Below, piece by piece: positions 8,384-17,625 of a stretch of 44,072 bases of DNA. The DNA is taken from NCBI GenBank assembly GCA_900549895.1, contig URQG01000001.1, positions 1-44,072 on the forward strand, in the 5' to 3' direction. The notes beneath the pieces are model-generated. The model ran no database searches, was not told the DNA's origin, and saw nothing but the letters and a program-made list of their open reading frames with translations. The stretch is from an uncultured Lachnobacterium sp. (GTDB lineage: Bacteria; Bacillota; Clostridia; Lachnospirales; Lachnospiraceae). The stretch's first letter is position 1, and each line of letters opens with the position of its first letter. Both the position numbers and the translations under genes were made by a program.

Positions 8384-10420
8384 TTACGCTGTCACCATCC
8401 CTACTGATTGTAGTTCTACGTCGGACTCTACCTCATTATACGACACTACGATCAAATCTTTGAAATAATCTTCCGTAAGTTTCTTAAAATACATACGCAC
8501 GATCGGCGATGTAATGATGATCGGCGCTTTGCCGATTCCTTCCAGCTTCTGAATTTCTGTTCCGACCGAGTCCATAATTGCCTTGGTCTTCTCAGGATCC
8601 ATCGTAAGATATGCCCCCTGTTCTGTCTGCTTGACAGAAGACATGATTTCCTGCTCCACTTTCGGATCCAGCGTAATCACGCTTGTAGTCTCATTCGCCG
8701 GGAAATACTTATTGGAGATTGCACGTTTTAAGCTTTGACGCACATACTCCGTCAATACATCCGTATCTCTCGTTGTCTGAGCATGATCAGCAAGTGACTC
8801 AAAAATCGTAAGAAGGTCTCTGATCGAAATACCTTCCTCCAAAAGGTTCTGGAGTACCTTCTGTATTTCACCAAGTCCAAGCAGTTTCGGTGTAAGTTCG
8901 TCCACAAGCACCGGATTGCTCTCCTTGAGATTGTTGACCAGATTTTGCACATCCTGTCTTGTAAGGAGTTCCGCAATATGGCTTCGAATTACCTCCGTCA
9001 AATGCGTAGCAATAATGGATGGCGCATCAACGACTGTATATCCAAGACTTTCCGCACGTTCTCTCTGTGCTTCCGTAATCCAGATCGCAGGCAGATGGAA
9101 AGAAGGTTCATAGGTAGGAATACCTGTAATTTCTTCCTCCACGTATCCCGGATTCATTGCCATATAATGATCAAACAGAATCTCTCCTTCCGTTACCTGA
9201 ATACCTTTGATCTTGATAATATACTGATTCGGATTCAGCTGAATATTGTCTCGGAGACGAATGATAGGAACAACCGTACCAAGTTCCAATGCGATCTGTC
9301 TTCGGATCATAACCACTCGGTCAAGAAGATCTCCGCCCTGATTCACATCCGCAAGCGGAATAATTCCATATCCAAATTCCAATTCGATAGGATCCACCTG
9401 CAAAAGCGATACGACATTCTCCGGTTTACGGATTTCTTCCGCTTCCGTTTCTGCCTGTTGTACTTCCTCTTCGATCGTTTCCTCCCCGATATTTTGACTG
9501 ATGCTTCTTCCGGTCAGCAGAAACGCAACACCAAGTCCCACAAAAAGTACCAGATTAAGAGGCGTTGCAACACCAAGGAAAATGATAACCGTACCTACAA
9601 TATATAATACACGAGGCACACCAAATAACTGCTTAACCAAAACACCTGAGAAATCAGCCTCATTGGAGCCCTTCGTGACAAGAATACCGGTTGACAGAGA
9701 AATGAGAAGCGACGGAATCTGGGAAACGAGTCCGTCACCGATCGTCAGGAGTCCAAACTGTTGGATCGCATCATTGAATCCAAGTCCCATATTGGTTACT
9801 CCCATGATCGTACCACCGATCAGGTTGATAAAAGTGATGATAAGACCTGCGGTCGCATCTCCCTTTACATACTTTGTCGCACCATCCATGGCGCCGAAGA
9901 AACTGGACTCACGCTGAATCTTCTCTCTTCGTTCTTTTGCTTCCTGATCTGTGATCGCTCCGGTATTCAGATCGGCATCGATTGCCATCTGTTTACCGGG
10001 CATTGCATCCAATGTAAATCGAGCTGTTACCTCAGATACTCGCTCGGAACCTTTGTTGATAACAATAAACTGGATCAATACCAAAACAATGAATACGATC
10101 GTACCAACGACCATATTACCGCCACCAACGAAACTGCCGAATGTTCGTACAACGTTACCCGGATCGCCTGTAAGAAGAATCAGACGAGTGGATGATACGT
10201 TCAGCGAAATTCGAAAGATCGTCGTAAACAACAGCAACGTTGGGAAGAAAGACATGTCCAGTACTTCTTTCGCAAACAATACATTAAAGAGAATGATGAG
10301 GGCAATGGAAATGTTGATCGCAAGCATCACATCCAGCAGTATGGATGGGATCGGCACAATGAAAAACACAACAGCCGCCAGCAAATATAGTCCAACTCCG
10401 ATATCCGCTTTCTTCAACAT
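8384..10420 (-). CDS. flhA: Flagellar export gate protein FlhA
   Basis: RVSEVTARFTLDAMPGKQMAIDADL, FFGAMDGATKYVKGD; multiple TM helices and a large cytoplasmic domain. Confidence 0.98.
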   Translation of the reverse strand: MLKKADIGVGLYLLAAVVFFIVPIPSILLDVMLAINISIALIILFNVLFAKEVLDMSFFPTLLLFTTIFRISLNVSSTRLILLTGDPGNVVRTFGSFVGGGNMVVGTIVFIVLVLIQFIVINKGSERVSEVTARFTLDAMPGKQMAIDADLNTGAITDQEAKERREKIQRESSFFGAMDGATKYVKGDATAGLIITFINLIGGTIMGVTNMGLGFNDAIQQFGLLTIGDGLVSQIPSLLISLSTGILVTKGSNEADFSGVLVKQLFGVPRVLYIVGTVIIFLGVATPLNLVLFVGLGVAFLLTGRSISQNIGEETIEEEVQQAETEAEEIRKPENVVSLLQVDPIELEFGYGIIPLADVNQGGDLLDRVVMIRRQIALELGTVVPIIRLRDNIQLNPNQYIIKIKGIQVTEGEILFDHYMAMNPGYVEEEITGIPTYEPSFHLPAIWITEAQRERAESLGYTVVDAPSIIATHLTEVIRSHIAELLTRQDVQNLVNNLKESNPVLVDELTPKLLGLGEIQKVLQNLLEEGISIRDLLTIFESLADHAQTTRDTDVLTEYVRQSLKRAISNKYFPANETTSVITLDPKVEQEIMSSVKQTEQGAYLTMDPEKTKAIMDSVGTEIQKLEGIGKAPIIITSPIVRMYFKKLTEDYFKDLIVVSYNEVESDVELQSVGMVTA

Positions 10421-10475
10421 CGCACATTACCTCCTTTCTCTCATATATACAAAATGTTTACGTACCCAGTCGTTT

Positions 10476-11579
10476 TTATTTGTTTTTGGTTTGAAATACG
10501 ACTGCGAGTACTTCCGCAACTGCCTGATACAGTTCCGGCGGAATCTCTGTTCCGATATCTACATTGTGGTAAAGCATTCGCGCGAGTGGCTTATTCTCCA
10601 CAATCTCAATTTGATTTTCTCGAGCGACTTCCTTAATTCTCTGCGCCAGAAAATCTTCTCCTTTGGCAAGCACAACCGGAGCCGAACTTACCTCAGCATC
10701 ATATTTTAAAGCAACAGCCAAATGTGTCGGGTTTGTAATGACAACATCTGCTTTTGGCACGTCCTGCATCATACGCTTTTGCGAAACTTCCTGCATCTTA
10801 CGACGCTGACGTCCTTTAATCTGCGGATCACCCTCCGTATTCTTATATTCATCCTTTACTTCCTGCTTGGTCATCTTCATATCATCATTGAATTTATATT
10901 TCTGATATGCAAAATCTGCGATTCCAATAATAAGATAGACCAGACTGATCTTAAGTCCAATATCTATAATCAGTGTGCCGACCAACGCCACTGCCTGATT
11001 CATCGACAGATCATATAAAATAAGCAGGTCATTCACACGATCTTTCAATGATGAGTATGCAATATAGCCGATAAGACCGATCTTAACGATTGACAACAAT
11101 AGTTGAAAAATCGAATCCTTTGAAAAGATTCTTTTAAATCCGTTAATTGGATTGAATTTACTCAGTTCCGGTTTCATTGGCTTCGTGGAAACCTTCCATC
11201 CGACCTGTACAATACTGACCAATATCGTAATCACAAAACCAAATGCAAAAAATGGAAGAACAATCAGCAGCCAACGTATAATAACGTCAAAAAACAGGGA
11301 TGACACTGCCTGTGCCGACAATGCTCCCTCGTTAATACGGACAAAATCTGCCATGGTATTGTAAATTGCAGGAAAGAGATTGATCAGGCTTTCTCCCACA
11401 TACGAAATAAAGATCTTCAGACATAAAAACAGAACGATCAGACCGAAAGCTGCCGTCAGTTCCTTGCTTTTGGCAACTTTTCCTTCCTCACGAGCATCCT
11501 TCAACTTTTTTGCAGTTGCAGGCTCCGTCTTTTCTCCGCCCTCGCCATCCTTGGCAAACCATTGCAGATTCAATTTCAT
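10476..11579 (-). CDS. flhB: Flagellar export switch protein FlhB
   Basis: EKTEPAT, KMTKQEVKDEYK, EGDP and the NPTH autocleavage site. Start uncertain: ATG 11579 chosen, ORF open to 11621. Confidence 0.96.
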   Translation of the reverse strand: MKLNLQWFAKDGEGGEKTEPATAKKLKDAREEGKVAKSKELTAAFGLIVLFLCLKIFISYVGESLINLFPAIYNTMADFVRINEGALSAQAVSSLFFDVIIRWLLIVLPFFAFGFVITILVSIVQVGWKVSTKPMKPELSKFNPINGFKRIFSKDSIFQLLLSIVKIGLIGYIAYSSLKDRVNDLLILYDLSMNQAVALVGTLIIDIGLKISLVYLIIGIADFAYQKYKFNDDMKMTKQEVKDEYKNTEGDPQIKGRQRRKMQEVSQKRMMQDVPKADVVITNPTHLAVALKYDAEVSSAPVVLAKGEDFLAQRIKEVARENQIEIVENKPLARMLYHNVDIGTEIPPELYQAVAEVLAVVFQTKNK

Positions 11580-11601
11580 TATTCGGTTATGATATTCTTT
11601 G

Positions 11602-12381
11602 CTAATACATTCCTTCGGCAATTAACCTCACCATCGTCTTTATTTCTTTCAGAATCATATTGGCTACATCTGGCAGCAAAAAAACCGTCAGAAAAATTAC
11701 CACAAATCCAACCAGTACCTTTAGCTGCATACCTACAGAAAACATGTTCATCTGCGGTGCAACCTTTGCCATAATTCCAAGTACGCAGTTTAAAATCATA
11801 ATGCAGGCAAAAAACGGAAGAAAAATGCGAAAGCCGATCACAAATATATCTCCCATATATCGCACAATGGTATTGAGCATATGATCCCAGTCAAATACCT
11901 GTCCGGCAATCGGGATCACGCTAAACGAGTCCGCAATCGCCTGAATCAGATAGGTATGAAAATTTGAAGTGATCATTAAAATCATAACCAGATAATAATA
12001 AAAATTACCGGTTAAAGTCACTTCTGTTCCCATATCCGGATTAAATTCGGATGCCATCGACAGACCAATATCCATATCAATGACGGTACCGGCAAACAAA
12101 ACAATAGAATTACAGATATTTGCAGCGAAACCAATGAGCAGTCCTGTAATTCCTTCTTTTAACACAACCACCGCATAACCGACTAAGCTTTCATAGGAAA
12201 ACTCCGGTCTTGCGACCACACTATATAAAAGGATCGAAGTAAAAAATGACAATCCGATCTTCACCTGATTCGGAATCCCCGTCTGCCCTAACAGAGGCGC
12301 AACATATACAAAACAGGTAATCCGCACCAGAATCAAAAGAAAATATTCAAAATTATCCAGAGTAAATGTAAAGTTAACCAT
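11602..12381 (-). CDS. fliR: Flagellar export protein FliR
   Basis: Hydrophobic 259 aa with KVAPQMNMFSVG; fliPQR-flhB order. Confidence 0.95.
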   Translation of the reverse strand: MVNFTFTLDNFEYFLLILVRITCFVYVAPLLGQTGIPNQVKIGLSFFTSILLYSVVARPEFSYESLVGYAVVVLKEGITGLLIGFAANICNSIVLFAGTVIDMDIGLSMASEFNPDMGTEVTLTGNFYYYLVMILMITSNFHTYLIQAIADSFSVIPIAGQVFDWDHMLNTIVRYMGDIFVIGFRIFLPFFACIMILNCVLGIMAKVAPQMNMFSVGMQLKVLVGFVVIFLTVFLLPDVANMILKEIKTMVRLIAEGMY

Positions 12382-12385
12382 GAAA

Positions 12386-12664
12386 CTATCCTAAACTCAG
12401 GTAATAACTAAAATTGGACCATAGTCTCTCAATAAAGCTTGACATGCTATTTAACATCCATGATCCACAAATTAATAATGTCACAAATACACCGAGTATC
12501 TTCGGGACAAAGGTAAGTGTCTGCTCCTGAATGGATGTAACGGTCTGAAAAATACTCACAATCAAACCGATGATCAGTGACACCAAAAGAAGCGGTGCCG
12601 ATGTAATGATGATCGTATATATGGCATCTCTTGCAATATCAAGTACTGCACCCTCTGAAATCAT
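12386..12664 (-). CDS. fliQ: Flagellar export protein FliQ
   Basis: SIFQTVTSIQEQTLTFVPK motif. Start at ATG 12664 after AGGAGG. Confidence 0.96.
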   Translation of the reverse strand: MISEGAVLDIARDAIYTIIITSAPLLLVSLIIGLIVSIFQTVTSIQEQTLTFVPKILGVFVTLLICGSWMLNSMSSFIERLWSNFSYYLSLG

Positions 12665-12675
12665 ACAGACACCTC

Positions 12676-13524
12676 CTAGTAAAACGTCTGAACCAAAGAA
12701 CCGATAACCAAATTCCATCCATCCGCAAGAATAAACAACAGTATCTTAAACGGAAGAGAAATCGTCGTCGGCGGAAGCATCATCATACCCATAGACATAA
12801 GAACCGATGATACAACCATATCAATAACAATAAACGGGATATAGATTAGAAATCCCATAATAAAGGCCTTGCGTAGCTCACTCAAAATAAACGCCGGAAC
12901 CAATGTCGTAAAAGGTACATCCGACAGTTCCTTATCATCTTCGTAGGTTTCTCCTGAAATTTCTGTAAACAGATTAATGTCACGGATCTGAATCTTTGCG
13001 TCCTTGATCATAAACTCACGAATCGGTTCTTCTGCCTTCTTCAGAAATTCCGTCTGGGTAATCTCACCACGGTCAAGTGGCTGGATCGCATCCTTATTAA
13101 TCTGTTGAAATGTCGGCCACATAATAAATACTGTGAGAAATAAAGCCAGACCGATCAGTATCTGGTTCGGCGGAGCCGTCTGTGTTCCGATCGCCGTACG
13201 CACAAAATGCAATACAATGATAATTCGTGTAAATGACGTCATCATGATCAAAATTGACGGTGCAAGTGATAAAACAGTCAACACCAAAAGCATTCTGACC
13301 GGCGTGGAAAGCGATCCGTTTTCATTATTATAAGTAATAGACAAACCATTGGTCTGATCATTATGATTGGCAACTTCCGAACTTCCCGTTGCCGATTGGC
13401 TCTGGTTTGTCGATGCTGCATAAGTTGTTGTCGGATGCAGCAAACATAATGCAATTGTAATTATCAAAACCGCGCAGGCAAAAGTAAAACTCGCCACACA
13501 GTAAATCTTTTTTCCTCTGCTCAT
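12676..13524 (-). CDS. fliP: Flagellar export protein FliP
   Basis: TSFTRIIIVL, PPNQILIGLALFLT, MGMMMLPPTTISLPFK. Probable start MSRGKK with a signal-peptide-like N-terminus. Confidence 0.96.
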   Translation of the reverse strand: MSRGKKIYCVASFTFACAVLIITIALCLLHPTTTYAASTNQSQSATGSSEVANHNDQTNGLSITYNNENGSLSTPVRMLLVLTVLSLAPSILIMMTSFTRIIIVLHFVRTAIGTQTAPPNQILIGLALFLTVFIMWPTFQQINKDAIQPLDRGEITQTEFLKKAEEPIREFMIKDAKIQIRDINLFTEISGETYEDDKELSDVPFTTLVPAFILSELRKAFIMGFLIYIPFIVIDMVVSSVLMSMGMMMLPPTTISLPFKILLFILADGWNLVIGSLVQTFY

Positions 13525-13525
13525 A

Positions 13526-13906
13526 TTAATCCTGTTTCTTTGGTAACTTATCCTTAAACTTACCAAAAATCTCTGCGAAGGATTCCTGTTTTTCCTTTTC
13601 TCCCTGATGTTCAAACGAAAAATCTTTTAACTGTTCTCTCGTCAATCGGGTAAGAAGATGAACTTCATCTTTACCGACGGATACCACCAAATATACCGTT
13701 CCCGCTTCAACGATACTGATATATTTGTTATTTCCGACACTGATGGTCTCAATAACATGCAAATTTTTGTTGTTACTGCGGCTTTTCTGAAAGCCGCCCA
13801 TCCATCTCGTTGTAAGATACGTAACACCAAGCACAAAAGCAAAGATAATAAGTGCTCCGATCAATTGTACCAGACTATGTATGGCACTCGATAATAACAT
13901 TACCAT
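13526..13906 (-). CDS. fliO: Flagellar protein FliO/FliZ
   Basis: Single N-terminal TM followed by LHVIETISVGNNKYISIVEAG; immediately upstream of fliP. Confidence 0.88.
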   Translation of the reverse strand: MVMLLSSAIHSLVQLIGALIIFAFVLGVTYLTTRWMGGFQKSRSNNKNLHVIETISVGNNKYISIVEAGTVYLVVSVGKDEVHLLTRLTREQLKDFSFEHQGEKEKQESFAEIFGKFKDKLPKKQD

Positions 13907-13912
13907 TACACT

Positions 13913-15121
13913 TTATGCCTGTGGCGGCTTTGAAGAATTAACAATTTCCGTGATACGAACACCGAAACTTTCTTCAATGACCACTACTTCTCCCTTCGCA
14001 ACATACTTTCCATTGACGAGCACATCAATTGGTTCTCCGGCTATCTTGTTAAGCTCAATGATCTTACCCGGACCAAAATCAAGAATATCAGAAATTGATT
14101 TCTTTGTTCGTCCAAGCTCAACTGTAACTTCAAGCGGAACATCCATGATTAAATCAATATTTTCCGGCTGATAGTTTCCAAAATTTCCTCCGGAGAAAGC
14201 AGTAAACTGCGCCGGTTGCACATTGACCTGCTGATTCATCATCGGTTGGCCCATCATTGGCTGCCCCATCATCGGCTGATTCATCATCGGTTGTCCCATC
14301 ATCGGTTGTCCCATCATCTGCTGATTCATCTGGGGCTGTCCCATTTGCGGTTGCGCATTCATCTGCGGCTGCGTATTCATTTGCGGTGCCGCCTGCGACT
14401 CCGGTTGTGGAGTCTGAGCCGGTTCTTCCTTCATACTACTGCTATCCATCTCCATGTTGTGTGTCACACCCGCACACATCTCCTTTGCAAACGAGATTGG
14501 ATAAAGCTGCATGATTTCACTATCAACAAGGTCTCCGATTTCCATACGGAATGAAATTTTAACAAATTTCCCCGTCAGGAACTCATCAATCTCACCCTCA
14601 TCAATCTCTCCTGTCAGATCAACCAAATCTGCCTTTGGCGGGCTGATGTCAATTTTCTTATTCAGCATGGAGGACAAGGATGTCGCAGATGATCCCATCA
14701 TCTGATTCATTGCTTCACTGATTGCACTCAGGTGAAGTTCTCCGAGTTCTCCCTCTGTATTTGTTCCATCACCGCCCATCATAAGGTCCGTGATGATCTT
14801 AACATCGTTTTCTTTCAGTACAAGAATATTGCTTCCGTCCAAACCAACTGTATACGCAATTCGGATAAATACACATGGTCTCTCATACTTTGTTACAACG
14901 TCATCCCAGGTTGCATAAGATACAACCGGAGTTGAAATCTCTACCTTGCGATTAACGAGAGAAAACAACGTTGTCGCAGCCGTACCCATACTGATATTGG
15001 CAATCTCCCCAATCGCATCAATTTCAGCTTCTGAAAGTTCCGCTTCTGCCGTATCTGCTCCCGATCCGCCGGGCTTGTTCAGCAGTGCGTTAATTTCTTC
15101 CTGCGATAAAATTCCATCCAT
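13913..15121 (-). CDS. fliY: Flagellar motor switch phosphatase FliY (CheC-like + FliN domain)
   Basis: LSQEEINALL CheY-binding peptide, EIANISMG and EAMNQMMG phosphatase motifs, C-terminal FliN/SpoA domain (IMDVPLEVTVELG). Confidence 0.95.
   Translation of the reverse strand: MDGILSQEEINALLNKPGGSGADTAEAELSEAEIDAIGEIANISMGTAATTLFSLVNRKVEISTPVVSYATWDDVVTKYERPCVFIRIAYTVGLDGSNILVLKENDVKIITDLMMGGDGTNTEGELGELHLSAISEAMNQMMGSSATSLSSMLNKKIDISPPKADLVDLTGEIDEGEIDEFLTGKFVKISFRMEIGDLVDSEIMQLYPISFAKEMCAGVTHNMEMDSSSMKEEPAQTPQPESQAAPQMNTQPQMNAQPQMGQPQMNQQMMGQPMMGQPMMNQPMMGQPMMGQPMMNQQVNVQPAQFTAFSGGNFGNYQPENIDLIMDVPLEVTVELGRTKKSISDILDFGPGKIIELNKIAGEPIDVLVNGKYVAKGEVVVIEESFGVRITEIVNSSKPPQA
14234..14386 (-). 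repeat. Coding tandem repeat in fliY (eight 15-bp units plus two ~18-bp units) encoding a QPMMG/N linker
   Basis: Units such as TCCCATCATCGGTTG repeat in frame; the peptide reads PQMNTQPQMNAQPQMGQPQMNQQMMGQPMMGQPMMNQPMMGQPMMGQPMMN. Confidence 0.9.
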
Positions 15122-15125
15122 ACGT

Positions 15126-16106
15126 TTATTGCTCCTCTCTGATCACCGAAGTGACCCTAACTGCATAATTGTCGCCCGAAGAACCGGGCAATGCAGTAAA
15201 TTTTCGAATATTTCCGACGTAGACATCCAGTTCATCATCAACATTACGATCAAGCTTTATAATGTCTCCCGGTTGCAGCATTGCAAAATCATTTACCGAA
15301 ATTGAGCTGGTGCCCAATACCGCTTTCACAGGTATTTGTGCCCGCTGGATCAGAGATTCAATTGCATCTGCATAACTGTTGTTATCCTGATCCTGCATAT
15401 TGGAATACCAATACTTGGTATTCAATTTATCGATAACATCTTCCAAAGTAATATATGGAAGACATATATTCATCAATCCTTCTACCTCACCGATTTTCAT
15501 ATTGATCGTCACAATTGCGATCATTTCGCTCGGTGATATGATCTGTGCATACTGTGAATTCGTCTCTATCCGTTCCAGCCGCGGATGAATATCCACAACA
15601 TTTTCCCATGGTTCCTTGAGCAGATTCACACATACGATCATAATGCGTTCTATGATAAGAAGTTCAATTTCCGAAAATTCCCTTACTTTACCAATCGGAT
15701 CGCCACGTCCGCCAAGCATTCGATCAACGATCGTATATCCAAGCGTCGATGCCATCTCTATGATAATATTGCCCTGCAATGGGGCGAAATTAACAATTCC
15801 AAGCAACACCGGATTTGATAATGCATTCGAGAATTCCGAGTACGTTACCGCCTCCGAATTCATCACTTCAACCTGCACATTTTTGCGCAGATAAACCGGA
15901 AGGTTTGTGGAAAGCAATCTTCCATAATGCTCAAAAATAATTTCCAAGGTACGAAGATGCTCCTTGGAAAATTTGGAAGGACGGGCAAAATCATACTCTT
16001 TAACCTGTTTTTCATCACTGTCTTTAATTTCTTCTACATCCAGCTCACCTGTGCTTAACGCAGCCAGCAAACTGTCTATCTCATTCTGAGATAATACGTC
16101 ACCCAT
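15126..16106 (-). CDS. fliM: Flagellar motor switch protein FliM
   Basis: LSQNEIDSLL, YDFARPSKFSKEHLRTL, RMLGGRG, C-terminal SpoA domain. Confidence 0.97.
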   Translation of the reverse strand: MGDVLSQNEIDSLLAALSTGELDVEEIKDSDEKQVKEYDFARPSKFSKEHLRTLEIIFEHYGRLLSTNLPVYLRKNVQVEVMNSEAVTYSEFSNALSNPVLLGIVNFAPLQGNIIIEMASTLGYTIVDRMLGGRGDPIGKVREFSEIELLIIERIMIVCVNLLKEPWENVVDIHPRLERIETNSQYAQIISPSEMIAIVTINMKIGEVEGLMNICLPYITLEDVIDKLNTKYWYSNMQDQDNNSYADAIESLIQRAQIPVKAVLGTSSISVNDFAMLQPGDIIKLDRNVDDELDVYVGNIRKFTALPGSSGDNYAVRVTSVIREEQ

Positions 16107-16140
16107 CTGTCTCTCACCACCTGTATATCATGCGGAGCTT

Positions 16141-16245
16141 CAAAAATGCACCACATTTTTGGCGATACACCAAAGATGTACCAAAATTTTAGCGATACAT
16201 CACAGATGTACCGCAATCTTAGCGGTACAAAACAAATGTACCGCA
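16141..16245. repeat. Intergenic 30-bp tandem array (3.5 units) built from inverted half-sites
   Basis: caaaaatgcaccacatttttggcgatacac / caaagatgtaccaaaattttagcgatacat / cacagatgtaccgcaatcttagcggtacaa / aacaaatgtaccgca; fills the fliL-fliM gap. Confidence 0.9.
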
Positions 16246-16263
16246 TCGGTCAGTCTTACCATT

Positions 16264-16785
16264 TTACTCAGATGTCGATTCGGAAAAATTGACTCCGACA
16301 ACCAGATCTGCGCCAAACAGTTCCTGCATATCCGAAAGGATTTCTTCCTTTGCTGCATCTTTATTTGATTCAAACTCATCAAGTGTGTAATTACCGATTA
16401 CCTGAATGATATCATTCTTTATCGTCTCATCCTGACTCGTAAAGAAATCCTGATTGTAAGTCGCGTAATTATCGCTCTTCTTATTCAGCACCAATGACAC
16501 TTTAAGTACTGCATAATGATTCTTTCCATCAGGATCTTTTGCAAGATTCGTAGTGATTTTTTCTCCGGCATTGACTTTATAAATATCCTGCTGATCGATT
16601 GGAACGTTAGAGACTCCACTTGCTGCTCCACTATTCAAATCCAGGTCAATTGCCGAGCATACTTTTTCAATAAGGTTATTTGCCTTCTTTGTTTCCGGCA
16701 GCACACTGAACATCAAAATTGCTGTCAGAACAAAATTGGCAAACACCAACGCAAGTATCAGTACTGAAATCAAATTTTTCTTCAT
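16264..16785 (-). CDS. fliL: Flagellar basal body-associated protein FliL
   Basis: N-terminal TM, ITTNL...HYAVLKVSL pattern; lies between motB and fliM. Confidence 0.88.
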   Translation of the reverse strand: MKKNLISVLILALVFANFVLTAILMFSVLPETKKANNLIEKVCSAIDLDLNSGAASGVSNVPIDQQDIYKVNAGEKITTNLAKDPDGKNHYAVLKVSLVLNKKSDNYATYNQDFFTSQDETIKNDIIQVIGNYTLDEFESNKDAAKEEILSDMQELFGADLVVGVNFSESTSE

Positions 16786-16803
16786 ATTTCTTATCTTTTC
16801 CTC

Positions 16804-17625
16804 CTAATTCACATTCGAATTATAAGAATTATATACTTTTATTTCCACACGTCGGTTACGTGCACGGCCTTCCGGTGTACTGTTGTCAGCAATCGGAACA
16901 TAATCGCCACGTCCGGCGAACTTGATATACTTAGGATCAAGTTTTGTATGATCGCGAAGTCTCTGCGCTACCGCCAAAGCTCGATATACAGAAAGGATCT
17001 CATTGCTCTCATATTTAGCATTATGACGTATCGGAACATTATCCGTATGTCCTTCTATTTCAATAACGTTGGTGTCATACTTTTCAAGCGCCTTTCCAAT
17101 CTTGTCTACGATTGGAATTGCTCCGCTTACCAGATCTGCATGACCGGAATCAAACAGGATTGCGCCGTTTAAATTAAGCTGTACATATTCTGCGTTAAAA
17201 TCCACATCCACCTTGGAGCCAAGTTCCGAAGCATTAAGCGCATTCTGGATTTCTTCTGCCATCTTCTCTGACTCGGCAAGTCCTTCTTTTTCGTATGCTT
17301 TCTGAACGGAATCCTTTCCATCCGTCTGGTCTTCGCTATCCTGTGCAGCGGAATTTGCGATCTCATTATAATAAGAATCCATAAACTCCAATTGTCTAAC
17401 TCCGGCAGAGATCATCTCTCCCTCTCCGATGCTCGCGCCACCTGCAGGCAAGATACTTACACTGCTCTGCAGCGAAGCGATCACCTGCTGAAATTTATCC
17501 GCATCAACCGTGGACATCGAAAAAAGCAAAACGAAAAAGCATAATAGAAGGTTCATCAGATCGGAGAATGTCGACATCCACGCCGGGGAACCTTTTGGTG
17601 GATCCTCAGGTCTCTTCTTAGGCAC
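16804..17625 (-). CDS. motB: Flagellar stator subunit B (MotB/MotS/PomB)
   Basis: WMSTFSDLMNLLLCFFVLLFS with the conserved Asp; OmpA-like domain (IEGHTDN, RARNRRVEI); GTG start. Confidence 0.96.
   Translation of the reverse strand: MPKKRPEDPPKGSPAWMSTFSDLMNLLLCFFVLLFSMSTVDADKFQQVIASLQSSVSILPAGGASIGEGEMISAGVRQLEFMDSYYNEIANSAAQDSEDQTDGKDSVQKAYEKEGLAESEKMAEEIQNALNASELGSKVDVDFNAEYVQLNLNGAILFDSGHADLVSGAIPIVDKIGKALEKYDTNVIEIEGHTDNVPIRHNAKYESNEILSVYRALAVAQRLRDHTKLDPKYIKFAGRGDYVPIADNSTPEGRARNRRVEIKVYNSYNSNVN

Noticed and set aside
8945..10709. Long plus-strand ORFs antisense to flhA (similar ones lie opposite fliI, comM, the glgX-like gene and the helicase)
   Set aside because: These are shadow frames of conserved minus-strand genes with no recognisable motifs.
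16141..16245. CRISPR or other guide-RNA array
   Set aside because: Units are contiguous with no unique spacers, and no cas-like or effector gene is nearby.
16159..16382. Small ORFs over the repeat array (16159..16368 +, 16200..16382 -)
   Set aside because: Their periodic peptides simply reflect the 30-bp DNA repeat. They overlap fliL and I see no SD.
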